A DNA stretch of 64,000 bases from Carcharhinus longimanus (Eukaryota). The stretch is from positions 58,920,289-58,984,288 of the forward strand of contig JASCQW010000043.1 of assembly GCA_030264375.1 (NCBI GenBank). The letters are read 5' to 3'. Under the pieces are notes generated by a model. That model worked only from the letters and a program-made list of their open reading frames with translations. It had not been told where the DNA came from and searched no databases. This document shows positions 1 to 12,254 of the stretch, piece by piece (within the stretch, counting starts at the first letter, position 1; every line of letters starts with the position of its first letter). Made by a program: the position numbers and the translations under genes.

Positions 1-420
1 CCTTGTAGAGGCAAGGTTCTTCTTTTGGTTTGTCTTTCCAGAAGAAGGTGTATCTTCCATCTTGTTCTTTAAGCTGGTCTCCTGCCAGCCGTGTCTCACT
101 CAGGGCGGTGATGTCAATGTTGTAGCACTAGAGTTCCCAGGCTATGAAGGCAGTGCAACATTCAGGTCTGTTGCTGTTGGGGTTGTCCATAAGCGTCTTG
201 ATGTTCCAGGTCCTGACTTCATTTGGATGGGTGAGGTGGAGTTGGGGTGGAAGATGCTTTGTGTGGATTCTTTTAACTCGGGGTGGCTGTTGCACACCAA
301 CCACCATATGGGCGCAGTGGAATGAGGTCTTGGTTCAGTGACAGAGAAATCCAACACAACTGGAGATCAGGCTCTGCTGTAGGACTGGGACTAACAAACA
401 CACATCATCCACCAATCATC
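1..420 (-). mobile_element. RTE-clade LINE, 5' end / AP endonuclease N-terminus (decayed, runs off window)
   Basis: Manual minus-strand translation gives TWNIKTLMDNPNSNRPECCTAFIAWEL*CYNIDITALSETRLAGDQLKEQDGRYTFFWK. This matches the RTE endonuclease start (TWNV..L, DI.ALSETR, YTFFW). It has a stop codon and a frameshift. Confidence 0.85.
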
Positions 421-874
421 CGGCTGCCTTTCAGTGACTCCAAGGCTGATGTAATTTCCTCTCTCTCTCGCCTTTGTTCAGCCACAAATCCTCAGAATCA
501 CACATTAATATTGAACATTTTTATCGTCAAAAATACACACTGGAATGGGAATCATTGACATTATTTGATGCTCAAGTCTGCATCAGCAATAAATATGATG
601 AATAAATCCAGAAGAAATAAATATAAGGACAATATAAAGAACTGTGGATAAACTGGAAAAATAACCAGTTCAGACCAGTATTACTCTACTTGCTGCTAGC
701 TTACCAATATAACTGGTCTGTCCACCAATATTAACTGTCAATTTTTACTGGAATATTGGATGGAAATCAATTTTTAACTGTTCTACTTCCCCAATTAGAA
801 ATGGCTTCAGCTGATATCAGTATAACGGGACTGTCCTTCTGGGCATTGAACTTGCACTAATCTCACTTACCCAT

Positions 875-1183
875 CTGCTGCCTCTCAGTGTCAAGGACCC
901 GGGTTCAATTCCTGGCTTGGGCCATTGTCTGTGTGGAGTTTGCACATTCTCCCCGTCTCTGCGTAGGTTTACTCCAGGTGCTCTGGTTTACTCCCACGGT
1001 CCAAAGGTGTGCAGGTTAGGTGAATTGGCCATGCTAAATTGCTCCTTGGTGTCCCAGGATATGTAGGTTAAAGGGATTAGTGAGGTAAATATGTGGAGTT
1101 GTTGGATAAGGTGGGATTGTTGTCAGTGCAGACTTGATGTGCCGAATGGCCTCCTTCTGCACTGTAGGTTTTGTATCATTTCT
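875..1183 (+). mobile_element. HE1-like V-SINE
   Basis: B-box GGTTCAATTCC, V-domain GTGGAGTTTGCACATTCTCCCCG...CTCCCAC.GTCCAAAG, and CR1-type tail GAATGGCCTCCTTCTGCACTGTAGG. Confidence 0.9.
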
Positions 1184-2049
1184 GTGCTGGCTGAGCTGCC
1201 TTGGCTCCATGCAAGTCCCTATACATTTTTTTTCACAAAGATTTAAAGGGCAGGACTTTTAAATGTTTTCACAGACCTTCTTGGCACTTTTGACAGGTTG
1301 TCTTGAAGATGGTTTTGAAAATCTGTTTGACACTTTCCTTAGTTCATTTCCACAGGTCCTCTTGACAGGTGTTTCTGACAGTTCTGACAGTTAATTTTGA
1401 CAGATTGATTCACAGCACTAATTAGCTTGACAGTCATGATCTAACGCACCTTTTGTGCACATTTATGCCGACTTTTAATAATTCAAAAGGGCACATTACC
1501 TCCCCCAAAGGGCGCCTGAACTCCACCAAAGGTGTCTTGGGACCAGATCCAAAGGTGTGCCTTATCTCTCCCTAGGGTGCTCTAGGGTTCAAATGAAACC
1601 GCAAAGTTCAGGCTTGCTTTTACCTGGGCTGGTCTCTGTACTTTGGACTTCCCAGTCCAAGGCTACCAAATTCTACCTTCAGTTGAGGCAATTGATGATT
1701 TAAATGCCTCAGTAAAATGTACCTGCACAAAATCTGCCCTTCTCCCTTTCCTGCTCCCGCTTAAATCGAAAGTGCCATATTTTGGCAAGCTGTACAATTT
1801 TCGGATATTTCTGCCACTTTACCACAAGGAGAAGCTTGCCATCTCAGTGAGAACCTGGACCTATTATTTTGTAGGTTATTGTTTTGTAGGTTATAAAGAC
1901 CTTCTGTCTTTTCACTAGAAAAGTAAGTTTGTATTCTGTATTCTGCCTATGCTTAACTAGCATATGTTGCAATGTTAATGTTGTATACTCAGTATTACCA
2001 TGACTCTTCCTGTTGAATCCAAAGTATAAAATAGAAATATTAACATCAA

Positions 2050-2990
2050 TCAAAAAGTTGTGTTGATTGGATACAACATTAGTGTATTGCAGACTGTGCG
2101 GCTACCTGTGGAAGAGTGAAAGACAATGCTGGAGATGCCTTAGGAAGTCCTAAGGAGTCTGCTAGCTTCTATACAAGGGTCTCTGGTCACAAAAACTTGG
2201 AGACAATCCATTTGGTGGCATTAATGGTCAATGCCAACCTTCCAGGTCTCCACTGGGTACATGTGCATATTTCCCTGGCAGTGAAATATGCACGTGCATC
2301 CAGGAGGTGGCAGATGCCCACTTCAGGAGAGTGCGTCAATTTGTCAAATACCACCTGAATCCTGAAAGCCAGGTGTCAGAGTCTTGGGTTTTGCACCAAT
2401 CACAAGTTTTTCACAAGTGCAAGGGGCTATTGACTGCACACATGTAGCCTTTAGAGCTCCCTGGTATTAACTGGTCACATTCATCAATAGAAAGAGTATT
2501 CACTCTTTAAAGGTGCAGCTGATATGTGATCACAGAAGACAAATCCTGCATTTTTGCGCTCAGTTCCCAGAGAGATGTCATGACGCCTACATTCTGAACA
2601 ACTCCCAGGTATCACAGGTTTTTGAAGGACCTCGGTGAATCCATATCTGGCTCCTTGACAACAGGGGATACCCACAGAAAAGCTGGCTGATGATGTCAGT
2701 TCAGCATCCCCAGAGTGCTGCTGAGGAGTGCTACAATGCTACACATGACTTAACAAAACCACAATTGAGCAAATGGTAGCAAGAATAACATTCAAATGTT
2801 TGAACTGCTATAGAGGGACACTCCAACACTCCCCACAGTGTGTCCTGGTCATCTTTGCAAGCTGCACTTTTCACAGCCTTGTGCTTTAAAGAGGGGAATG
2901 ACTTGACTGTAGAAGAGATAAAAGAGCATCATTCTCCCCTGTCAAGGAGAATGATGAAAGTGCTGGTGGTGACAAGGACTTGGATATTGC
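2050..2990 (+). pseudogene. Decayed PIF/Harbinger DDE transposase (HARBI1-like)
   Basis: Manual translation from about 2408: FSQVQGAIDCTHVAFRAPWY*LVTFINRKSIHSLKVQLICDH...QFPERCHDAYIL...WLLDNRGYPQKSWLM...EECYNATH. It contains the GAIDCTH, NRK.HS..Q..CD, HD and GYP..WL motifs, with stops and frameshifts. Confidence 0.9.
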
Positions 2991-4475
2991 AGACATACAT
3001 GCAGAGACCATCACAAGGGAACAATGTGACTGACAAGCCTGTGACAATCTGATAGCTGATAGATTCCAGGTGGAGTGAGCCTCCGATACATTGCTTTCAC
3101 CATTCAGTTTTCTATCATCTGCGGCTGGCAGGCCCTAACTTCTGTTTAGTAACACACATTGTACCTCGCTGTCATGTACCTTGATTTATAACAGCTGAAT
3201 TAAATGGCACTACTTAACATCTGCCGTGATGGTTGTTTGATCCGATGCATGTGCCAAATTGTGTTGATAAACGGAGCCCTCTCTCCAAGTGTGAGCATTT
3301 AAAACTGCACAGCATTCTTCTCCTACAAGCTCGAGCACCTGTAAGTAGAAATGAAATTTTTCACTCGCCCTTACAATCTGCATAACAGATTGAAAGCAAT
3401 ATGAAATGTTACCTTGGTGAGGATGCACTAATGCCGCATTTGGTCTCAAGGTGGGAGGGGGGTAGATCTTGCAGGCAGCACTTACAGGTGGAACCAGATA
3501 TATGGGTGCATAGGATGAGAAAGATTTAAGGCTACTTTGGAGTTCTCTCACTGAGAGTGCCTCACCTCCACTATGGATTGATGAATGACTCAACACTCCA
3601 CATCCTTCAGTTACAGAGAATCCTACAATTCTCAGTCCTAGGTGGTCTTACTATGAGTGCAACACTGTTATCAATCATTCTTCATATACCAAACAAGTTA
3701 AACAGCTTTCGTGAACAGATCCTGTAGATCCTTGTTCCCACAAGAATAATCTCACAGTCCTCAGCATGGTCCAACACACAAGTCCATTCTACTCACTCTC
3801 ATTCAATGCAATATAGCCCTGATCTTCAATGACTTCTGGTACATTTTGGTTGCAATCTCTTTATGTGATTTCTATTCCAACTCTTTAAAAGCAGATGAGC
3901 AACAAAACAATTGTTCTGTGAGGTCAGGCAAAGGCTTTAATCAACTTCACACATATCTCATTAATCCTACACTCAGTCCCTCTTGCAGTCAAAGATAACT
4001 TGCATATTGCCTACCCTTCATCTCCATACTAGCTCAAAACTACCATTCATTGTGGATGACCAGTGATAATTGGATGTGCCTACCACAGCTTTCTCTGAAC
4101 ATGTAGGAGGCCTCTGGTTTTCTATTGTTAAGAATGCAGTATTGAGCTTCAACTTATCAACCTTGGAACTATGTTTACAGTGCTCCTTGCCAATTCCACA
4201 GCATGTTTCATTCCCTTGAGGACACTTTGCATCCATCCACATTTCACATCAGATCAACAGCAGCAGGAGATGCAGTGAGCTCACTGAACACTTTGCTCAG
4301 ATGTAATTTTCAGAGCTCAGAACATGGTAAGCTGCAAGTTATGGGTTGATTGATGCTTGCCCAGACAGCACACACACACATTACGGCCAGTACTTAATCA
4401 TGCACATGTGGGAACATTGAGTAATAAATATGTTGATAATGTGAGAGAAGTGAATCAATTGAAATTCATTATAGG

Positions 4476-4477
<2 letters not shown>

Positions 4478-4512
<35 letters not shown>
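4478..4512. repeat. (GT)n microsatellite
   Basis: Uninterrupted TG run. Confidence 0.98.
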
Positions 4513-4514
<2 letters not shown>

Positions 4515-4869
4515 AGGTGGGGGGGGAGCGGGAGGGCAACATCCCGTTCTTAAATGTTCATGGCCATTGAAGCAACTAGCAGCAAGATGAGAACTCAGAA
4601 CATTACCAAACCGTGCAAGTGAACATATGTTTACAAGTGTTACAACTATGTACAATGGTTGTACACCCATGCTGCTTTTTATATTTCTTTTCCTAAAATA
4701 ATGTCTAGGTGCAGCCCCAGCATTTACTGCAGAGGTGGAGGCAGCCTGCTGACTGCTGCACCTTGTTGGGTGTGATGATTTTGGCAGGTGTCCTCTGGTG
4801 GCCCAAAGAACTACAGGTTTCTTGCACAGGTACAGGTGCAACCTCCTTGCAGCCAGAAAATCCTGCCCA

Positions 4870-5056
4870 GAGTCTTTGAATATCTTTAAAGCAGCAGGGA
4901 GTAGATGAATTCTTGATAAGCAAGGGGCTGAGGGGCTGAAAGATTGTCGGGAGGAGGGAAGATCATGAAATTGAGGAAAACTGGATGAGTCATGATTTTA
5001 TTGAATGGTGAAGTAGGCTCAAGGAGTCGAGTGGCCTACTCCTCCGCTAGTTCATA
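4870..5056 (+). mobile_element. CR1 LINE 3' end fragment
   Basis: CR1 3'UTR-like text ATTGAATGGTGAAGTAGGCTCAAGGAGTCGAGTGGCCTACTCCT. Confidence 0.75.
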
Positions 5057-6354
5057 GATTTAGAAATGTTAATGGTCCTGAACTGTATTTTAATAAACAT
5101 GACATTTCAGAATGTTCCAGGCTCCTTCGATAGCTTTCTATTTTTTTCACCAACTCTGTCGAACTTCTTCCAAACTGCTTCCAAATCCCCCACACCACAA
5201 GACAAAAGTGATGCGTGGGAGGAAATCCAATTGACGAGCCCATTTGAAATGGGGAACCTACCCAAAATGTAGGTGTACATTTTGCACACTGGGCATTCCA
5301 ACCAATCAAAATGGTCAGAGGAAAACAGCAGGGGGTCACGAATACGGAGAAAAATCGGAGTTTGTCCAAACAAAATCTAAGTGTAGCTATTTTTACACTG
5401 AAACACACCTCTGAATCCTGCAAAATATCAGCCCCAAAGAGTCCAACTCTGTAGTCTCCAGTTTCAGTTCATTATGACCATTCATTTAAACCAAATAGCA
5501 AACAATGCTTTCATTGTAGCTGTGGCTCAGCATCTGGCATTGATTTTACAACTTTCCTTAGTAAGTAATTGCATATATCTTCAAGAGAAAGATTTACAGG
5601 TCAGAGGCAAAGGCAGACAAGCTGTTAAATTAATTTCATACTGTGTAGGCTGTTTTCCACAAATGCTGCCCACTCCTCGGCTTTCTCCTAAAACAAACAC
5701 TTTCACTTATTAATTTTATAAGACACAAACCTATGTCTGGATAAAAGATGTGTATGTATTCTGCATTAATATTTCACCTTGTCAAATATTAGAAATGTTG
5801 ATCTCAAGTCTAAAATCACAAAAGGAGAGACATAAAACCTACACATTCATACCTTGTAGTAGAGTCTAGATTTACAACCGCATATCTTAATTGCTTAAGC
5901 CTCGAGCAGAAGGGCTGTTTGCCTGGCCTGAAGACTATTCGCACATATGTGATAAAACAATGTGTAACATCGTAAATACTATGCTAACCTTCAACTCTTT
6001 GTCATCATCTGAGATGCAACTTTATGGTGAGTGTGTGATAATGGCTTACTGTTACAGGAAAATATTTGTGATGGCAGTAGTTTTTTTGATTGAAAATGTG
6101 AATTTTCCTTGGTAGAGGAGAACTCAATTTATCGGTATATTAGAACTAATAGATTGAGTATGTTGTTCAAATTGCTTGCCTCTGGAAATATCTGGCATTC
6201 ATGCTTTCATGTTAAGAACCAATTGGTGGGAAAGGTGCAAGTGAACTCAGAATATTTGATTTGTACATCACTTCAATCTCCCACAATGTCAAATGATACT
6301 GAAATCCCAGTGTTTCCTCTGTTCAAGCCTTTGTGCAGATCTAAGTGCATTATC

Positions 6355-6515
6355 TGATATTGCAATGCAGTGCCGAGGAAGAGCTGCATTGACAGTGGTG
6401 CCATCTTTTACATGAGATACTAAAATCAGCCCTGGTCTGCCTGTTCAGATGGCCATAAAAACCTCAAAGCATTTATTGAAGAAAAGTTCCACTAGTTGCC
6501 CAAGTTTTTCTTTAA
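6355..6515 (+). mobile_element. DeuSINE fragment (Deu domain)
   Basis: GCTGCATTGACAGTGGTGCCATCTTTACATGAGATACTAAA resembles the Deu core and the fuller copy at about 46.0-46.2 kb. Confidence 0.65.
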
Positions 6516-8218
6516 CAAATTGAAACTCACCTAATATATGTTGTGAAATCTTATCTCATGGTGAATCACACTCCCCTGTCATTCCTATGATTGTGAAGTT
6601 TCACAATTCTCTGACACAACAATTTCAGAATTCTCAAACTTATCAAATAATCTCTCTGTGGCCTCATTCCATTCAACCCCTACAATATGTTCGCATTCAG
6701 GAGTGTCAGAATCAATTAACCCTTCCATTATCAAGTTCAGAAATCACTTAAAATGATATCCTCATTAGTGACAGTAGTTATATTTCTATTCAGTATAATA
6801 AAGAGCTTGACACGTGCTAATATTTGAGTAGTGGTATCATTACTGTTACACCCTGAGTAGAAGCACAATCTTGGTGCAACTACTTCTAGATGTGTCCTTG
6901 ATATCATGCCAATGCAGCACATAAGACATCTAAAATCTCAATGCTCACAGTAGCCTTTTTATGTTTTCTTTACAACAAAACCTATGGAGACAGATGTTAC
7001 CCAATTATTATCTCTCCATTATTTTAATGGCCCAATTACAAAATTGAATACAGCCTGTAGGGAGTTTAACAGTTCACCCTATGGAGAAGTATAGAATCTC
7101 CGACAACAATTCAAGATTTCTATGTGTATGTACATCCAGTTGGACTCTAAAAGTTGCCATCCGTTTCAGAGGAATAATGACAGTGAACATCAGCAGTTTT
7201 GCTGCTATTACTTATGTGAAATTTCAGTTGGTTAGTCTGTGCAAATTGTAGTCTTTATTCAAATTCATTTTTGGTGTCCTGACTTATAACTGGAATTGTG
7301 ACATTTCGTTGATAATTTTTCTCTTCGACATTTGAATCTTCTACTCATTACTTCTAATCGTCTTTCACAAGCATCAGCTTTTATTTTCATTAATTTATGT
7401 TAATGAGAATTGTATCTGTCTCTTAATGGAGCACAGAGCCTTGGAGGATTGGATTGCCCAAGTGATTGCTAAACCAGGTCAGAATTTCAGGATCTCTGAT
7501 GTCTCACATTCAGACTCCCATTAGCTCATAAACATTCCAGTGCCAAGCTTGACTAAAATGAGGTAAGCATAGGGTCTCAGCACCCAGTTTTCTTGACTAA
7601 GCTCCAAAGAACTATTGTTTTCTCTGTCCTCTAGCTAACATTCTGATTATACGAAGATACTTATCTTTTAGTTCTCATGCAGCAGACTGCTTGTTTTTAT
7701 GCTCGGCTAGATTTCATCTGAACTTTCCAAACCTTTGGCGTAAATAGAACATTTGGTCCTTAGGGGTCCAAATCACTATTTCCCATCTAGTCACCCCCAA
7801 GCTGTCGTTATCCAGGGTATACTATAAGAAAGATTGATAATACTATACAGTATGAGATTCAGTATAACAATGAAATGAAAGAAGCATACACTCAGTCATA
7901 CTATTTAAGCACAGCAAGAAATCCTGATGTATGGATTCCCTGGAATTGTTACAGACCTTATTTTCTAATTCTGGCCTCTTTTGCAATCCCCATTTCTCAG
8001 CTTCAGCAGAATCTTCAGTGATTTCAGTAACGTACTTTGGAACATTCCTAATGTTTCTCACCTTATTATTTATAGGCTATGCCTAAACACCTCCTAAAAA
8101 CCTTCTCTTTGATTGTGCCTTTTACCACCAAACCCAATCCTCCTCTCTTCATCTCCTTGTCTTGAAACATCTTTGCAAGTTACTGAGTATTCCAATGCTC
8201 TTGAGTTCAGACTCACAC

Positions 8219-8472
8219 TGTGGTGATTGCTCCTTTAAGGATCAATCTGCAGCGTAAGGGTTACATGACATAGGGAAGCAATCAAGGAGCAGGATGGGGG
8301 TCACCCTGGTAAGTGTGGGCTTCTGTACTCAGAGTCATCTTCAGAGCTGATTGCAGCCATGAGGCTGCAAACTTCTGTATAGCTTTAACCTGTAAATGAC
8401 AAGTTGTGTTTTCTGTAAACTGGTGAATGAGCATCTTTACATTCGACTCCGATTGTGAGTATCCAGTTTACA
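8219..8472 (+). repeat. Probable 5' LTR of the Gypsy element
   Basis: Starts TGTGG and ends TTACA. It is followed by a degenerate PBS-like TTGAAGATGAG and then the gag start. Confidence 0.6.
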
Positions 8473-9289
8473 TTGAAGATGAGTGAAGTTGAGAAAAGAA
8501 AAGTGTAATCACCAAAATGCCCTTTTTGGATGGATGGATCCATTTGACTTCTCTGTGGAGGAGTGGACACAATAGATAGTGCGCCTTAGGTACTACTTCC
8601 CAGTAAATGAAATAGGAGAGGAGGCAAATTGCATGGTAATTCTGCTGAGTGCATGTGGAACCCGCACTAATAATTTCATTCACTGCCTCACAGAGCCAAG
8701 CATGCCCGACTCTGAATTATTCAACGGTCTCGTGCAATTGGTGGAGTCAAATTTCCAGCTAAAACAATCAGTCATACTCCAGAGGTTCAAGCTTAATTCA
8801 AGGGGGAGAGCCCCAGGCAAAACAATTGAGATTTACATCAGTAAATGGAAACAGATATCAGAGTATTATGAAATTGGAGCCATTATGAATGATATGCACA
8901 AGGTGGTTTAATGGAGATTACTTGCAGAGGTTAATATAAATTTTAAAAGAGTAATGGAGATTGCGCTAGCAATGAAAAGTGCTGAAAATGGCGCAAAAGA
9001 GCTCTAGAGAGTGTAAAAAGGCATCAATCACCAGTTAGGGTAGGAACCTGCAGTCAGCAGTGGCGCCAAAACTGAAAAAGCAACTGCAAGGCGGTAAACA
9101 AGTTTAGCTATAAATAAGACAAGAAGATTTAGAAAAGACGATCTATCAGCAAAGTTGGAAGCAGGATCTCACAGAGATCCAGTCCCCTGATTCCAGCAGA
9201 TATCAAGAGGCTGTCTGTTTTCTTATCATTGTAAAGGCCACTAAAGGCATGGATGTAGAGCCAAGTCAAGTCTACTGAGTAGTTGATTA

Positions 9290-9645
9290 AATAAGAACAT
9301 AAGAAATAGGAGCAGGAGTAGGCCATCTAGCCCTTCGAGCCTGCCCCGCCATTCAATAAGANNNNNNNNNNNNNNNNNNNNNNNNNNNNNNNNNNNNNNN
9401 NNNNNNNNNNNNNNNNNNNNNNNNNNNNNNNNNNNNNNNNNNNNNNNNNNNNNNNNNNNNNAGCCTAGTGAACCTTCTCTGCACTCCCTCCAAGGCCAAT
9501 ATATCCTTCTGCAAGTGCGGCGACCAAAACTGCACACAATACTCCAGCTGCAGCCTCACCAGTACCCTGTACAGTTGCAGCAAGACCTCCCTACTTTTAT
9601 AGTCTATATTTTATATTTTATATTCTATCCCCCTCACTATAAAGC
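9290..9645 (-). mobile_element. CR1 LINE 3' fragment inserted in Gypsy (spans a gap)
   Basis: ORF 9353-9583 [37 protein letters not shown] is the CR1 RT C-terminus; the 3' tail is at 9290-9360. Confidence 0.9.
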
Positions 9646-9885
9646 CAAATCACCAGTATATAATGTAGAGGAATCTAGCAACAATGACTTAAATCTTTTA
9701 TCACTGTTTAATTTAAAAGTTTGCAAGATAGCCCCTATTACTATAATGCTCCATGTCAATGCAAAACACCTTAAAATGGGAGTTGATGCAGGGCATCAGC
9801 TACTGTGATAGGTGAGCATACATATTGGTGTTTGAGAGAAGGAGTTCAACCATTGCATTTGAAGCGTATTGCAGCCAAAATAATA

Positions 9886-9985
9886 GGCGGATTTTATGAC
9901 CTTGCTGGGGTAAGGCTCGTAAAATCTTGCCGCAAGCCAATGGAGAATTCTAATTACAGAGCGGATGAGGTGTAAAATTCCAGCC
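9886..9985. mobile_element. Short MITE-like insertion in the Gypsy protease region
   Basis: Ends GGCGGATTTTATGACCT and AGGTGTAAAATTCCAGCC form imperfect inverted repeats. No clear TSD. Confidence 0.5.
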
Positions 9986-11266
9986 AACAATTTATACTAG
10001 AGGAGTGATAAAAATAGTGGGCACTGCAACAATACTTGTAAGCTATGGGCAAAAATCTATCCAACTCCCAGTGATTATAATGACAGACAAAGAATCAAGC
10101 CATCTTGGCTGCAATTGGCTTAAGGAAATCAAGTTAAATTTGACTAAGATTTTCCAAGTGCAAACAGGAGGACTGTTCAAACCAATAAAAAAAAGAGAGC
10201 ATCTTCAAGGATGAATTAGGCAAAATAAAAGGCATGCAAGTGAAAATCTACGTGGGTCTAAAGATGACACTTTGATTACTTAGGACACAGCAATGAAAAA
10301 AAGTAGATACTGAATTAAAGTGATTGGAAGAACCGGATATCATCCAGCCAGTTCAGTTCTTGGAATGGCAGCACCCATAGTCCTCATATTAAAACCGGAC
10401 AAAACTGCACGCATTTGTGATAAATGTAAGTTAACAGTTAATCGGACTGCCAAGTTGGTTAGCTATCTTGTAAATAAGATTGAAAACCTAAATGCAAACC
10501 TAGCTGGAGGTCACTCTTATACAAAGCTAGATATGAGTCATGTGTATCAGCAACTCGAATTAGACAACTCTTCCCGAGATTATGTTACAATAAACAGATA
10601 CAAAAGATTGTTCCAATACATGCTCCTGCATTTTTGCTTGTCTTCAGCACGTGCAATTTTCCACAGAACAATGAGATTCTGCTGTAGGGACTGCCACGAG
10701 TAGTGATAGTTGAATTTGTTCTCATAATTGGATCATAAGAAGTTAAGCATCTAGCAAACTTAGAGGAGGTGATGAAGAGATTTTGAGAGGCTAGAGTTTG
10801 CCTCAAGAAAGAGAAGTGTACTTTTCAAGCCACTGAGGTAATCTCCCTGAGTACCGAGTAGATGCACAAGGGTTACGCCCCATGGAACTGAAGGTCAAGG
10901 CTGTAAAGGTGGCACCAGCCTCCAAAAACACAGCTGAATTGGTAAATTACTACGGGCGTTTTGCACAAAACTTACAGATGTGATTGGCCCCCTTGCATAT
11001 TTTGCTGAAGAAACATTCCTGTTGGTTTTGGTATCGCAGGACTCCCTAGAAAGAAACCTTCAATTGAGCAAAATAATTATTGCATTCTTCAAACTTGTTG
11101 GTACATTTCAACCAATCTAAGGAACTGATGTTGACATGCAATGCCTCTCCATATGGCATTGATGCAGTGGTGTCCCATGAGATGGGCAATAAATCTGAAA
11201 GGCAAATAGGCAATGTGTGATGATACTGTACAATTATATATTTTATGTTTTGGGATATTGCTTTAA

Positions 11267-12254
11267 TCATAGAATCATAGAATCCATACAGTGCAGAAGA
11301 AGGCCATTCAGCCCATTAAGCCTGCACCAACAGCAATCCCATCCTGGTCCTATCCCCGTAACCCCACATATTTATCCTGCTCATCTCCCTGACACTAAGG
11401 GCCTGATTTTACCATCGTGTTGCACCCATTTTCAGGCATGAAATCTTGGTAAAGTTGGGTGTGACCGAGTCGCATGATCTGCACCCACGTGTATGCTAAT
11501 CCACCCTTTACCAAGGCCTGGAAATGGCTGCGATTGGGATTGCACCCAAAAAGGCACAATGACTATTTAAATGTATTTGCGTGCATTTAAATTGACTTAA
11601 TGGGCTGCATGCTCAACTTTATCAGCACTTCCCCCTTACCACTGTATTCACCCATCCAGAATCGGTGCGAAACAGACATGCTCCATAGAAGTCTGATTCA
11701 GGCATTCCAGTTAGTGAGGAGGTAGGTGCCTAACATCCGACGGTTCTCTACGTGAGAGGCATGGGGGAAGGGGGTTAAGTTGGGTCCATTGCCACTCTGC
11801 CTGAGATTAGTTAGNNNNNNNNNNNNNNNNNNNNNNNNNNNNNNNNNNNNNNNNNNNNNNNNNNNNNNNNNNNNNNNNNNNNNNNNNNNNNNNNNNNNNN
11901 NNNNNNNNNNNNNNGGGGGTGGGGTGATGTCTGTGGGGGCCAGGGGGAGGCATTAACTGGCCTGGGAGGGATATGGCAGGGGAGCAGTATTCTATCTTAT
12001 TTTCTGCGCATGCACAGTTGGAGGATCCGATCAGAGCTGCAGGGTTTTGGGTGTGTTAAGCCCTGCCCATAGGCTTGTGCAGCGTAATTCGGAATTACTG
12101 ATATTTTTGCAGGCACAGTGCATGTGCGAGTGCCTGAAAACGGGACTAAAATTCGGATCTGAAACACTCCCAGTTTCAAGTTCACCCAGCTCTTACAATA
12201 AAAATGGTAAAATAGGGTCCTAAGGGACAACTTAGCATGGCTAATAAACCAAAC
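11267..12254 (-). mobile_element. 5'-truncated HE1-like SINE, split by a MITE
   Basis: Tail CATAGAATCATAGAATCC..CAGTGCAGAAG. The halves ...CCCTGACACTAA and GGGACAACTTAGCATGG rejoin. Flanking direct repeat CTTTAA at 11261-11266 and 12255-12260. Confidence 0.85.
11399..12220. mobile_element. Harbinger-type non-autonomous DNA transposon (MITE)
   Basis: TIRs GGGCCTGATTTTACCAT and ATGGTAAAATAGGGTCC match at 14 of 17 positions. TAA TSD at 11396-11398 and 12221-12223. Contains an N gap. Confidence 0.85.

Noticed and set aside
620-800. Recurrent AACTGG, CCAGT and CCAATA words suggesting a fold-back
   Set aside because: I could not establish consistent arms or a period.
3210-3596. 128-aa minus-strand ORF with a good acceptor before VLELVGEECC
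   Set aside because: There is no convincing donor or recognisable family. It lies beside the Harbinger remnant and may be element-internal.
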